A stretch of DNA of 64,000 nt, taken from contig NC_134025.1 of the NCBI RefSeq assembly GCF_964204645.1, positions 16,405,101 through 16,469,100 of the forward strand, given 5' to 3'. Position 1 is the first letter of the stretch. Each line of letters starts with the position of its first letter. Below, piece after piece: positions 22,125-36,416 of the stretch. This stretch comes from Tubulanus polymorphus (taxonomy: Eukaryota; Animalia; Nemertea). The notes below the pieces were generated by a model that searched no databases, was not told where the DNA came from, and worked only from the letters and a program-made list of their open reading frames with translations. Both the position numbers and the translations under genes were made by a program.

Positions 22125-24282
22125 ATTTTCTCTAACTTTGTTCTCCACACTTACTTCGAATTTTCTAAGTTGCGCATGCTCAATGTGAATTAGCCAATCG
22201 GAATGAATCGTAAATATAGCTGGTGTTGTCCGTCTATGACGTCGTAAAAATAGCCTCAGCGTTTATTTTTTTGTGATATTACAGTTATACATCCTATTAT
22301 TCCATCCATCTGACTGACGCTATCAATTTATGAAACGTCTTTTAGTATAGGCCTATGACAAGGTAAATGATGAAGCGTGTTGCCGTCTGAACGCCTGTAA
22401 AGTTTTTCATAAGTGCTGATTCCGTATAAATAAAATGTTATTACCAGTAACGTTATTCCCTTTAAGATTCTGTGTCTAATTCGTACTCCATAATCCGTTT
22501 TTTCACTTATTCCGTAAACAAATGAATGGTCCCGTTGCCCAATTTATATGTTAATCCTAATGTGTAATCCGTATCAGCTACACTTGAACATGCACTTGAA
22601 GTGAAAAAAGTATAAACATCTGTAATCTGAGGTTAATGTGGTCAGTAGGAAATAAGAGAAACTCCAGAAAACACTGAAGTTTATCCATCAATGTCACACC
22701 AGGGGGTATTTCTTTTCATGTATGAATGATATCAAATGGATCTAACTAATGAACCATCGGATACTATGAATTTTTTATCCCCCCCAATGGATTGTTAGAA
22801 CGCAGTTCTATTGTAGTAGCCGTCCACGGTTTGAGAGATAACTAAACCAGCTATTATACGGATTGTGCGCTTAAATTCATAGTTTATACGGGTAATAGTT
22901 AATTCGTATCTATTACGAATTATGTTATCCGTATATCACTAAATCCGTACTAAAAAGCTCAGTCCAGTGGTACAGATTAACCGAGGTTGACTGTTCGCTC
23001 ACGCTTTTTCAACTACCTTGTCTTTCGTATTACTAAAGACAATTCAAAAAATTTGATAGTGTCACATAATCGATGTGATAGTATGATTTATCAGTGCCAT
23101 ATTACAAGTAGGCCTAAGTGTCATATAAAATGAAAGTTTTGATTTCAGATTGAAAAACGAAGTTTGTTAGTGTTTTGTGAGGTTACCGTGTGTGGAGCCA
23201 GCGGCCATTATCTTATTAAACATATCAGTAGCAAGATGTTATTTCTTATCTATGATTTATTGCAGAATTTGTTACAAGTAGCTTTATTGCAGAATTACCA
23301 CTCAAAACACATACACTATCAATAACCCCAGGAAATGTATCCCAAGCCTATCGGCGAGTGCCTGTGATCTCCACTTCACCAATCCATGGCGTCTGGTTCA
23401 AAAATTATGACTTAATTTGAGTGATTTTAAATGTTATTTAGGCCTATTGAACAATTTACGAGAGGTGCGGATCTGCACTCCGATCTAGGTATATTATGCA
23501 TCGATTAGTTCAGTAAGGATTTGCATTCAGAAATGAATTATGAAATGGCATAAAGTTGTTTGTATTTTCATCTATCTGCAACAGTTTAAGCCTATCTAGG
23601 GTGTGTATACATTATGCTGAAACAGGGCTGCCATGGCCTGTAACGTGGTGCCACCTACTGTATTTTGATATGCTCATGAATAGGTGATGTCGTAAAAGCA
23701 ACATTTCCGAGTTGATGTTGGCCCAGGCTATGTGTATGATGAGTAAACTATCACTGATTAATGAAAACAAAAACAACTTTAGGGAAATTTGTTGTTTATT
23801 TCTGAACAAATTGTTTCATAATAAAGGTAGACCAACTGATTATTCAGTGCTGTCAATAATGGGTAAGCCTACCGTAGTTTTTACAGGGGTGCCGACCGAT
23901 GTCCAGTTACGGCCTGTAAAAATTTTTAATCGAAAATTTTCGGAGCTTCCTTGAAAATGAGACTTTAACTAATTCATGTCACATGTGCGCATGCATCGTA
24001 GTTACGGTTGTCCAACTGAAGCTCTTTGATAATGATTATCGGTATTGCTGATTGTCTCATGGACTGTCATAATTTGTTTGACGATAGTTGTGCAAGTTGG
24101 CGATAACGCTTCACATAAAAGCACAGGATTGCCTGCTGTATGCAATCAATAGTGTCTAACTATATATACATGGCCTACACACGTATGTTCATTGAGTGAC
24201 AGCAGTGTGCTGCTCTTAGCTCTCAGTACTAGCGCATAATGTTACAAATATATTGTCAGTCATACAGTGTTCGAATTAAAGA

Positions 24283-25195
24283 TTTTTTAGCCCACTTGGG
24301 ACTTAGGCCTAAGTCCCAGCAGGCTATTGCATTCACTTGTCGTCCGTCTGTTCGTTCGTCCATCCCTAGACGGAATCCAGTTATTTTGGGAAGTTTTGAT
24401 GATGCTTCCATGGATAGTCTTGATATTTGGTTTATACATGTATCTACCCTAGATACATCTCCAGTCGAAAAACTGGCCCGATCAGAATCAAGATGGTCGA
24501 CTGGCGGCCTTTGTTCAGCAAAATTAGCACTTTTTACACATTTTTGAAGTTTTCAAGTGAAATTTTGAAGGCATTTCCAACTGCTATCTTGATCTTTCGC
24601 ATGTAGTTGTATATCCGAGAGATAGAATAAGAAAAGCATATAGCCCTAAGCGAAAATTAGATCGATCAGACCCAATGTGACCTTTTTTGTGCCCAAAAAG
24701 GTCAATTTTGGCCTAAATTCCGAGGCCTGTAGCTTACTAATGGTTTGCCATTTATTATTGAAATTTGTGATGGGTATTCTATGAGGAGGGATCAAAAGCA
24801 TATCAGATGAGTTTTGTGATCAGTCAAATATCACGCAATTGGTTTCATCAGTCTTCATTCGAAAGTTGGAAAAAGGTTTTTTGAGGAAAATACAGGGATG
24901 ATAAGTTTCCACCATTTTCAATGAATTTTTAGCCCAATTGGGACTTTAGTCCCAGCGGGCTATTGCGTTTACTTTTCGCACTTTTCGTCCGTCTTCGTCC
25001 GTCATAGCATTCATCCTTCCGTAAGACGGAATCCAGTTATTTTAGGAAGTTTTGAAGACGCTTTAAGGTAATGTCTTGATATTTGGTTTATACATGTATC
25101 TACCCTAGACAAATCTTCAGCCCTAAAACTGGCCCTGTCATCAAGACTGGCAGCCATTGTTGTTCGCCAAAATCAGCACTTAACACATTTTATGG
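24283..25195 (+). mobile_element. Two tandem 5' fragments of HINE/DINE-like (Helentron-associated) element
   Basis: TTTTTAGCCCACTTGGGACTT...GTCCCAGC.GGCTA heads at 24283 and about 24925, each followed by a GTCC microsatellite. Confidence 0.75.
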
Positions 25196-25918
25196 ACTTT
25201 TGCTTTAGCGAACTCCATTTTGCTATCGCGTATGAAACATTCATCCTTTGGTAGGCCCTACAAAATAACTTCCAAAAGGGGTATAGTTTCTCTTCGGAAC
25301 TTTCAAATGCAGTAATAGAATCTCTAACCCTATTGAATTTCATCAGAATCCGTTGCTTATTTATTAACTTAGTTAAATTTATTTGTTGTTGAACTACATT
25401 TCGTTTCGTAAGAACATTTTTATGTATATTCATACTTTACACGTATACTCGCTGCAATGTGGTATATTGATCTGTGCAAGTAGGCATCTATGAAAAGGCA
25501 CCTCGCGTGTGGCCTAGCCAAAATACTCGTGGAAACTGCGAATGATTCAACTGCCATGGTTCGTTGCGGCCGGCCGTGAAAAGCAGTAAATTTTATAGAA
25601 GGGCAGTAAAATTGGGAAAGGGGGAAGTGAATCTTGGAAATTGTTCAATTGACGAAAATAAATTGTCTGACCAACTTCATACACAGTGTATAAAATGAAT
25701 GTGGAGAGTGTCTATTGGAGTCAGTGGGGAAAACCCACTACCATATATATTCATGCAGTCGTGTGTGATGGAGATCAAGATTTTCATGAAAACTTCTTGA
25801 TTCGATCAAGGAGGATATCTTAGGCTTTTTTGATTACTTAGAGCATGGATTCTCAGAAATTCTGCCAAAAACTTTTTGCCGTAGGTATGCGTTTCCATTG
25901 ATGATTTGAAAAAAGGAA

Positions 25919-26640
25919 TTTTTAACCCACTTGGGACTTTTCGTCCATTCGTCCGTCCATCTGTCCATAGACGGAATCCAGTTATTTTGGGAAGTTTTGA
26001 AGACGGTTCAATGTTATGTCTTGACATTTGGGTTACACATGCAGGGTTTCCAGCAGTCCTTCAAAGTCCTTCTTTGTCCTCCTTTTGGAAACAGTTTGGA
26101 CAAACATCATCTTTGTCCTTCTTTTTGACTCTAAGTCCTTCTTTGGATGAAAAAGTCCTTCCAAATTTCATTTTAATGTATTTTTCGCGCGCTATTTTGT
26201 CGTGAATTCCTGCAAGTACTTAGCCAGTTCAATTATCAGTAAGACCGGGTATAGGCCTACAGGAAAATGATGTGGAATTGGCCAGGAGTTGTTAAGTGGA
26301 CTGTAGTCATAATGACTTGTCTACATGACTAGTGTCCACTTGACTAATTAAGTTAATTAGTTGTCTATATAACACCTCACTCTTGAATAAGGTCACTCAT
26401 TCAGATGAATACAAGGAAGTGTTCATTCCTTTCTGATGAACAAGTATTTTATACAAGTATTTTATTCCAAGGAATAAATACAAGGAATAATTACAAATCG
26501 TAGCTGCTGACATGTTCTATGATTGTGGTCATTGGTTTTTGTATATGGTCACCGGCGGGCGCTGAATATTGAAACTGTTAGATTGTTGAGCATTTGAAAC
26601 CACTTCCCAAGTGGGCGTGGTGTCCCTGGACCCCTAGTTT
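25919..26640 (+). mobile_element. Internally deleted HINE-like copy containing a hAT5-like left end (CAGGGTTTCCAGCAG at 26042)
   Basis: 5' head plus 3' tail CCCAAGTGGGC.TGGTGTCCCTGGACCCCTAGTT. Confidence 0.65.
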
Positions 26641-27529
26641 CTTGATATTTTTCGTCTTTATTTTCGATCTAATTGTCTGTAAAAAGTTAGTTTTCTCCCA
26701 TCATTTGAATTCAATTCAATAGTTTTCACTCTTTTTCATTTGTTCTGTTTAAATCTCTAGAGTACCAATGTTTAATTTTGATGCTGATTTAACTTACACT
26801 CATGTAAATTTAGGAAAGACTATATTAAGAATTTCGTTTCTTGTTTAAAATATTTCCCTGAATTATTATAAAATGTTGATAGTAAGACCGTGGGAAAGTT
26901 TCTATCGTTGAATGGTGGAAATAGTTTCATATGAGGGCAAAGCTTTTCAATGATTAGACAGTCGGAGGTGGTTTATCTACTTTTTTGAACTATAGTGTTC
27001 ATATTTTTCCAATCAAAATGCTAGATTTCGATCGTTTCTCATAAGTAAATTCTTGGAAATCAAGTGTGATTTTGATTTGCGTAGAGTTGCATTATGACTA
27101 GCGTACTGCATGATGGTGCCATGTTTAAGCTGTGCGTCGATCGTCGAATTGTGGAATTATAGCGTGGAATCATTTTGATTGTATCCATGCGTTTATTAAA
27201 GGTTTGTGTCAACAAATGGTCCATTATAGTCTCTCTAATTTATGTGGAGAGACACTGTTAACCAGGAAAACGGTGGTCTGTTTGTTGTTACCGTTGGCCT
27301 ACGTGACTGACCTTGCTTGAGCGTTCGCTGTCGGCGCGTCGCTTCAAAATTATGAATAAAGTATTATATAACTGATTGTTAATGACATACAGCAAAATTT
27401 TGTGTGAGAATCAGGGTAGGTATGCTGTCCATGCCTATTGTATATGGAGGTCATCGGCTTTCAAATATGGTCACCAGGGCAGCCATCTTGAGTTTCTTGC
27501 ACAAAACGGCCTGCAATTCTTGATACTTA

Positions 27530-28072
27530 GGCCATCCCAAAATAGGCCTAATGGTCTGTTTGCCGTAACCCGACCGACCCGACTTTGAGTTTTGAGTGAA
27601 AACTTTTTCTTGGGATTCATTGAAATAAATTTTATTTTTGATAAAACGGCTGACTGACAGACCCACAACCGATGTAGTCAAGTGTGTGAAAACATGCCTC
27701 GAGTATGGCCTAGTTAAATTTTCCAGGAAACTGGCAGTGTTCCAATAAGCTGTCATTCATTCTTAGTGACTATATTAAAACTGGTAATGTCATAGCGCGC
27801 ATATATTCAATGTACTGTTTCATTTTGAACTCTAGAGATGACACTCCAGACAAAATTAGAATTTTAAGATTATTCTTGATATCTAGGCTATAGACATATT
27901 TCCTGTGCGCAACGCAGATTTTTGATATTTTTCTTCCATGTAAAAATGGTGATAAATTTGTTTATTTTTTGCCATAAAATTTTGCAAAAAAATATTTCTA
28001 CCTACCTACCGACTCATCCTGAAAACTTGAGTCAGTGTTACAGCAAAAGCGGACAATTATTTTGGGATGGCC
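27530..28072. mobile_element. PIF/Harbinger-like MITE
   Basis: TIR GGCCATCCCAAAATA; TTA TSD on both sides. Confidence 0.82.
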
Positions 28073-29345
28073 TTAGTGAAATAATTTTGGTAGGTGAAAT
28101 GTCTACCCCTTATTTAAAATTGAGGTCAAGTATGTCCGTCAGGGTTGCCATCCATCTTGGATTTCTTTTCAGCAAGATGCAGCCTATAATTCATTATGCA
28201 TTTTTCATGTAGTGTGATGTTTGGGGCAGCTTAAATGGGCTTGTCTCTCCATGTAAGGATATATTAACAGAAAATGATTGTAATTAGGCCTACCACATAG
28301 CCTATACCATCCTAACTATTTTAAAACTTGTTACATCATTACAATGTATAAATCTTTGTGTAAAACTTAGAATACTGAATCATTTTTCTACTGCATCATG
28401 TAGGTATAAGGCCTGTGGGCCTCTTGTTATAACTTAGATTTTTGGAGCTTGAGTTCCATCGCAGAAGATTATCATCCACAGTGGTTTATGGATTTCTGCT
28501 GCAGATCAGAAATATTAATATTCGCGTTGGCGATATTGCTATAAATCACGTTCACCGTTTTGTAACGCAGTGGTAGACCGAGCTAGCTGCAAAGTCTTAG
28601 TAATCAGGCCAAAAATGTTAAGACTTTTTCTGTCTGACCCCTCGTCTCGTTTCATGAAAACCACAGCCGTGCCCCTTCAATTACGTAGACTAGTCTGTCA
28701 GCAAAGATGCTTTGAATTATTATGGACTGTCACTTTAGCGAAGTCTATTTTGCTATTGCATATGACAAGTTTCTTCCGTTGGAACAAAATAACTTGTGAA
28801 CAAGGCTAATTTTCCTTTGGAATTTTCAAAACATTCAATGCAGTAATAAAATCTTGGAAAATTGTGCTTATATATTAATTATTTATTAATTTAGTTATTT
28901 ATTGGTTGGAACTACATTTCATTTTTGGAATCTTATAGTGTTTAACTACATTACGGAACAACGAAGAATTAATTGAATTGAATTGAATTTCGGAAGAACA
29001 CATGTGCAGTTACATGTATTCATGCTTCACACACGTGTGCACCATACAGACTTGCCACTATGGTTTATTGATCTGTTCACTACTACTAGCTACGTTCATG
29101 TACATGAAAAGTCTGCCTCGCATGTTGTCTAGTTACCAGGAAACTGCAAATGGTTCTAGCCGCTGCGTGCTGCCGTGGTAAACAATAACGGCAAGCTCAA
29201 AAGTCCACTTATAGCTTTGTTCTGCCCATTTGGGGAAGTTTATTAAATTTATGCAAATTTATTGAATATATGCAATCTTTCCAGTTACATTGGTAATCAT
29301 TTGCTTATTTGTAGCTCGCGACACGTTCTGTGATTGTGGTGAGTT

Positions 29346-29810
29346 CAGAGCTGCCAACCGTTCTGATTTTTCTGTAGCTGTTCTGTAAAATCGTGTGAAA
29401 GTATGACGTTCCGTTGAAAAAAAATATTATTATGGTTTTTAATTCACCTGAGAATACTGAAAAAAATCTGATAAGTTTCAGAAAAAACTTAATCATATTT
29501 ATGGCAAATTGCATTGTTCTTTCTTAAATCTCTCAGAATCATACTGGTCAACTCCAATTATACTCTCATTATGACACTGTACTAGTACGCCATCTGTACT
29601 AGGATGAAGATGGCGCACTAGTACAGTATCAGAACAACATTTTGTTCAACGTAATTTACCTTAATATAGATTTTTAAGCCCTCAATTCTGATTTTTAAAA
29701 CGTCTTCTGGTTTGAAAATTTGGGACTACTGTAAAAATTTTTGATAATACTGATAAACTTGGATCGGCCTATGTGTTCAGTTAGAGATAAAATATAGGTT
29801 GGCAGCTCTG
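29346..29810. mobile_element. MITE with TIR CAGAGCTGCCAACC and 6-bp TSD, inserted in a HINE repeat unit
   Basis: TGAGTT at 29340-29345 and 29811-29816; removal restores GTGGTGAGTTTCAAG. Confidence 0.82.
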
Positions 29811-31822
29811 TGAGTTTCAAGTACATTGGTTACTGTAGGCCTATGTCCACCAGGGGGCGTTGAATTGTGAAATAAGATGGTAGGCCTATTTCCAAACAAA
29901 TTGGATCTTATGCACATCTTGTAACCACTATCAATTGCAAAATGGTGGGCCTAGCTCATGACTTGTTCTGTGATTCTGGTGAGTTTTAAGATCATTGGTT
30001 TCTGCATTTGTTCACCAGGGTATTGAATATTGAGATATTCAGGTTGTCGAGCATTTAAGTTGGTTATATTTTTGAAATTTTCACACCCAGCTTAACAGAA
30101 CTGGGTGTGTGAATAGATCCTACCATCTTTTATGAAAGAAAATCAAATGTTTTAGGCCAAATTATCTAAAATATTTAGAATATTAGGATTGTTCAGAAGC
30201 ACAATTTGGTAGTTTTCCATGCAGTACTTCAACAGTTAGAACTTTCAGTCAGCAATTGGTTCACGCAAATAACTTTCCCCATGATCATAAAGATTGCTGG
30301 CTCTTTGAATTTTCGATCACTCAACAGGCGTAAGGTTAGGTATAGGTAATTGGAAAAAATACTGTGTCGTTTGTGCCACAAAATACTCTAGAACCTATCT
30401 AATTTGGATCATTAAAGACATAAGTAAGATTTATGAGAAATTCAGATTCAACATCACAGTGTTAATGATTCTCTTAGCTATAATGATTCTATGGAAATTG
30501 AGGATGGACTTTAATAACGCTTAACTTTTGATTCATGAATTGCCTATTCATTTGTTAGGATAGGTAGGTAGCTGGTCTTTGGTCAATTTTATCTACGTGA
30601 TGATATTGATTTCTGTGATAAACATATTCTCTGTTCCCACCATGATGATTAGCATGAATATACCATGCACAATTTATATCTGTAAATCAGTGTTCTGGTC
30701 AATATAAGATCGATAATTGGGGATAGGGATGTTCAGTTGGACCATTCATCTGATGCTATTATTGACTGTACGTGCCTGTGCTCCTTGGTGAGATTGTCTT
30801 GAATTTAATGATTCAGATTACTATGAGTCTGGTCAGATGGTTACTTTGGCATCGATTTTCATTAACAATCCAGTTACTTATAGGGCCTAATAGTAGTAAA
30901 TGTTAAGTTCTCCATTTTTAGCTGAGGCTACCGCATTAAATATCTAGTACTAGAATAGTTTCGAAAAACGTGTAAAATGTGTGATTGACATTTCATAATT
31001 GAATAAAGATTTGACCATGTACGTTGTCATTGAGTGTACATATGCCATGAATGCTTATAAGATTTAATCAAAAACTGATAGCGTTGATCAGATATAGAAT
31101 TCATGATGGCGACTGGTAGTGGTAGGGTGTGGAGGATTCTGACAAGCGCATAATCATACAGCGTTGAAAATTACTCAAATTAAATAGATTTGTATTGATG
31201 AGTACATAATATGTATCATAGAAAAAATCCTTTGGATTAATTAAAGGACCTACTGCTACCATCCTTATGCAAGACTCTGATGGTGCACTTCATATCATTC
31301 ATCTGTTTTATCCATCTTTTGCAATGTCTGTTTTTGATGAGGTTATTTCTCACTAATTTTTATTGGATAGCGCTTGTGGTTGCAGGGTCCAATCTAAGGA
31401 ATGTAAAAGTAAGTTTTGTGTAAAAGTAAGAAAAGCTGGATTGATACAAAAAGTAAGAAGCTTTTATTTTGAATGATTTATGAAAATTAACAATCAAACA
31501 AGAAATGGTTTCAAAAAGCATTTTGCTCTGAAACACATAATACAGTGCCACTTAAATTCGGATTTCTCTGTTCTTCCTCTGTCTTCAATAAACATGTGCT
31601 TTCATTATTAGTGTATTCCCTCCCCAGATTATGAAAAAATGACACCATATTTTGCAACATAAGAAAAGATTCCACTGGTAAAAATACCACTATTTGTATA
31701 GTAGTATAGCGTTCTGCTTTTTTTCAAAATTCATCTTTATCGAAATAGTGTCACAATGGATATAGAAATATTCTGCAAAATCTAAAGATTACAAATATCA
31801 TATTCATTCTCAAATCAAATCA

Positions 31823-33081
31823 TTTTTTAGCCCACTTGGGACTTTAGTCCCAGCGGGCTATTGCGTTCACTTTTCGTCCGTCCGTCCGTCCGTCTGTCCG
31901 TAGATGGAATCCAGTTATTTTTTGAAGTTTTGAAGACGCTTCAAGGTAATGTCTTGATATTTGGGTTACACATGTACCACACATGTCTACCATGTTACAC
32001 ATGTCTACCCTAGACACATCTTCAGCCCAAAAACTGGCCCTGTCAGATTCAAGATGGCCGACCGGCAGCCATTGTTGTTCGCCAAAATCAGCACTTTTAA
32101 CACATTTTTGAACTTTTTGAGGGAAATTTTGAAGACGCTTTGATCAATTAACAAAAATTGGGTCAGTCGGACTCAAGATGGCATTGCTATGACCTTTTTA
32201 GTGCCCAAAAATGTTAATTTTGGCCCCAATTCTGATTCCTGTAGCTTCCTACTGGTTTGCCATTTCTCATTGCATTTTGTGATGGGTATTCTTTGGAAAG
32301 GGATGTTTTATACCTGAGACAGGTATTTTTGCATCAGCCAATTATGACGCAATTGGCGGCCATCTTGGTGTCACCAGTACTCAGTCGAAAGTGGGAAAAA
32401 GTTTTTCCACATTATATTGATACCTAAGCGTATTTTGCTACCACAATCAATTAGAAAGTTGTAGCTCATAACGTGTTCTATGATTGTGGTGAGTTTCAAG
32501 GTAGGCCTAATTGGATTTCGTATATGGCCACCAGGGGGCGTTGAATAATACAATATCTTAGCATTTCTTTATTATATTCGTACCTATGCATATTTTGTAA
32601 CTACAATCAATTGGAAAGTTGTAGCTCATAACATCATCTATGATTGTTGCGAGTTTTAAGGACATAAGTTTTTCTATATGGTCACCAGGGGGCGTTGAAT
32701 AGTAGAATAACTTAGTATTTCCTTATTATATTGGTACCTAGGCATATTTTGTTACCATGATCAATTGCAAAGTTGTAGTTCATGACATGTTCTATGATTG
32801 TGGTGAGTTTCGAGGTCATTGGGTTTTGAATATGGTCACCAGGGGGCGTTGAATAGTAGAATGACTTAGTATTTCCATATTAAATTGGTAATGAGGCATA
32901 TTTTGTTATCACAATCAATTACAAAATCGTAGCTGCTGACATGTTCTATGATTGTGGTGAGTTTCAAGGTCATTGGTTTTTGTAAATGGTCACCAGGGGG
33001 CATTGAATATTGAAATTGTTAGATTGTTGAGCATTTGAAACCACTTCCCAAGTGGGCATGGTGTCCCTGGACCCCTAGTTT
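31823..33081 (+). mobile_element. Complete HINE/DINE-1-like non-autonomous Helentron element
   Basis: 5' GCCCACTTGGG subterminal IR and palindrome, (GTCC)n, four to five 154-bp tandem units, 3' CCCAAGTGGGC plus short hairpin, T-rich flanks. Confidence 0.8.
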
Positions 33082-34308
33082 AGTCTCCAAATATAGTTTT
33101 ATTCCAATTTCTATTAATATCTTTATGCAATATGGCAGACACGCCTTTGTTATTGGTTTAGTGTCAGGATGTTTCATGCCATTCGTCTCTAAAATCTAAA
33201 GATTAGCCAAGCCTAACTTCGAAGACAATCAATAAGTAAACCCCTCGCTCCCTGTTTGTTAAGTGTTATTTACCTAGGTCAGCTGTCAGATTTGTGAGTC
33301 TGATGGCTAATCAACCAATGATATGTGCCCCTGACCCCGAGCTTGTTTGGGGTGGAGCTTGAGTCAAGGATGTCCAGCTCAGGCCTGGCTTGGTCATTCC
33401 TGCTCATGCTCTCGTTAAATAAAGATATCAACTACATATTCATTGGTTTGTCTTCAATCAAATTTCAGGTAAGCCATACTCAGATTCTGTTATATTTTTA
33501 GACTCTTTAGGCCTTTACTTAATAATAATTATTCTAGGATTTATATTAGATTTTAAATTCTAAACTCAGACTTTCAATTAGCTCTTAACTAGTTTCCATT
33601 AAATTTGAGAAACAATCATTTTTTACACACTATCCTTCCCGATCTTCTGTTAAAGCTAGGTATCTAAATTAGCTTAATCTTTATTAGTATAATCTGTATA
33701 AAATAACAAGATTATCTAGTATCTAGAATAATGAATATATATATATATAGGAATTTATAGAATCAATTAAAAAGGAAAATATAAATGATTAAAGCGTATA
33801 TCTATATTACCAATCTAAACACTAGTCTCATGTAAATATTTATAATCGTACTAGAATAATACGTATTATTATTATTATTATTATTGGTCATCTTCATTGC
33901 TGAAATACGAAACTGTTATTATAATTATTTCATAATCATATTTTCTAATTCTTAATTTTCATATGATAATTAATTATTGCATAATCACATTTCTTACTTA
34001 ATACTTCTTGATAACTTGTCATTCCTGCTCATGCTCTCATTAAATAAAGATATCAACTACATATTCATTGGTTTGTCTTCAATCAAATTTCAGGATCGCT
34101 ATATTGTAGTTTTTGTGGTAATATACGCAACACTGCAGTAGGAAAAAATAAAGTTATTAACATACATAGATTTAAGTTAACTGCATTAATTATCAGTATG
34201 ATCTCCCTTTATTGAATTTCCAAATATTGTATTCGGCTGTATTTTAGTACTAAGTTTCCCCACTTTAAATTTCTTAAGTTTGTGGCTGATGTTGTATATT
34301 AACCCTAG

Positions 34309-34874
34309 GGCCACACCAAAAAAATTCCTGTTTCTCGGGCGTGGCAATCACCAAAATGGGTAGGTAGGTAGGGAATTTTTTTTCTTTTTATGGAAAAAAA
34401 AATTTTGGTTATTCTTCTAACAGTGGGTAGGTCGCCATAAATAATTTTAACTGGACCAAATTTTTAGTCAGGAATATAATTAAGAGCTAGTAGACCATGA
34501 TAATAAAAGGAAATTCAGGTGTTTGTAGAATTACCTATATTTTGAACATATTTCACGGAATTCCTGGGATTTTACAATCCAAGTTCGCCATCAATGTCCA
34601 ATAAAGAAAGTTGTCTGATCATGGCTGCACCATTTCCAGAATCAAATTGTTAAATCGGATGTAGTAAAATGTTTTTATGATTTTGGTCTCAGTGCCGACA
34701 TCACGATTTGATTAAAGAGAAAAAAATATTTACCAAAAAGAGAAAGGAGAGTTTGTAGTCGGTCGGCGACATGAATATATTTGAAAAAAGTTATTTCACC
34801 CACAATTTTGAAAAAGGGTCGGTAGGCAATTATATTTTATTCTGAGAAAATTTCGGTTTTCTTTTGTTGTGGCC
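34309..34874. mobile_element. PIF/Harbinger-like MITE
   Basis: GGCCACACCAAA...TTGTTGTGGCC; TAG duplicated on both sides. Confidence 0.7.
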
Positions 34875-35165
34875 TAGCTGGTACTTGGATCTTAGTACTC
34901 TAGTTTACTCTGTTTGAAATTTGTTTAGTTCATAACATTTATATCGCATACTACCCCCTTTTTTATATCATTATGAAAAATCAAAATACTACATTCAAAC
35001 CTTGTTTCAACAAAGTTCTGGGGGCAATGTTAATAACTTTGTTGTGTCCGATACTTCATTGTAAATGGATGAAGGGAAAAAATGATCGTTGCTTCTGAAC
35101 CAAAATGCTTATATAGTCAAAACGAGTTTCATAACTTATAAACTCAAGGAAACTTCTGAGGTGCC

Positions 35166-35420
35166 ATGACTTTTATCCCAGACCATTCAAAAGATCTCAT
35201 GCTGTATAAATTGTCCAAAAAAGGGCCTAATGAATATGTTGATACTCATATGAGCTTTGATGATTTATTTGAGCATTTTAAAAGTATTTCGTATGAAGAT
35301 CGCCCTTCTATGGATGTTGATCTCGACGTATCTGATCACATACTTAATCAGCAAATCACACTGGAGGAGGTTGATAGAGCATTTACAATGCTAAAAAGAA
35401 AATATAGCTGCCAAGCAGCG
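35166..35420 (+). mobile_element. Degraded LINE ORF2 linker fragment
   Basis: FEHFKSI...DHILNQQITLEEVDRAFTMLK. Confidence 0.5.
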
Positions 35421-36416
35421 ATGACGGGTTTTCTGCAAAGCCATTCAGAAAGATGGGAATTGTAGTAAATTGAAATATTGATACATAGAATAAAATGCAT
35501 TGACAGATTCGCACCTAATATGCTACCACTGTGTAAACGTCAAATATGATTCAGCTTTGAAACCGAACATACGCGGACGTACAATCAACAAATATTAATT
35601 TATTTGACCAGGCATTTATTTTGGCATTCAAACATCATGATACTGTATTATCACCATGCTTAAAAATGGATCTGTCCTATTAAGAACTCATCTTAAGCAC
35701 CTGCTGAGTCGATAGATTGAGTGAATTTACAGATAAGAACGTATTATGATTTAGAATAGATTGAAGAAGTTAATGTTTTTATTGAAATATTTGAATAAAT
35801 ACATGTACATATATTGTAGTGTAGATTCAATCAATAAATTATGAATTGATCTGGTCTGGGTTTCCGGCTGATGTTGATTTTGGCTTTTATGGATTACAAA
35901 TTCTATAGTGATAAACAACTGATACCTGCAACATGTGTGTAAATCAAACCTATTCCACTAGTTGCGTGCGTTTCCTAATAAACGGGAGAGTCACTCTTGA
36001 TCTGAGTTATTAGAAAAATAATGTTCATTTAGTTATAGAAATTCATTGCCTTTTTGGAAATTCTGTAATAATATTTGTTCTGTCCTAATTTTTATTACTG
36101 TATGAACCCATGATATGCTTTGTAAATGATGTAATAAAATAAATTTGAATTTTGAATTAAATTTGAACATGAGAATCAAGCATAACTTGTGTTTTTTCAA
36201 CTTTTCTTTTGTTAAGAGTTCCAAATACAATCAAATCCAAATTGGCTAAAAAGTACATAGGAATAAATGAAATGAACCGTTAGTTACTGCAAACCTATTC
36301 CAGTGTTATGTCGATCGTGTTGAATCACTTTCCTTGAGTTGAAAGAATCAGATCTTCTATGGTGCAACATCGGTCGAAGAGAGATATCTTGGTGTTGACT
36401 GTCCTTGACCATCTAA

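Noticed and set aside
19641-31551. Assorted 60-120 aa ORFs
   Set aside because: No recognisable domains; most overlap MITE/HINE sequence.
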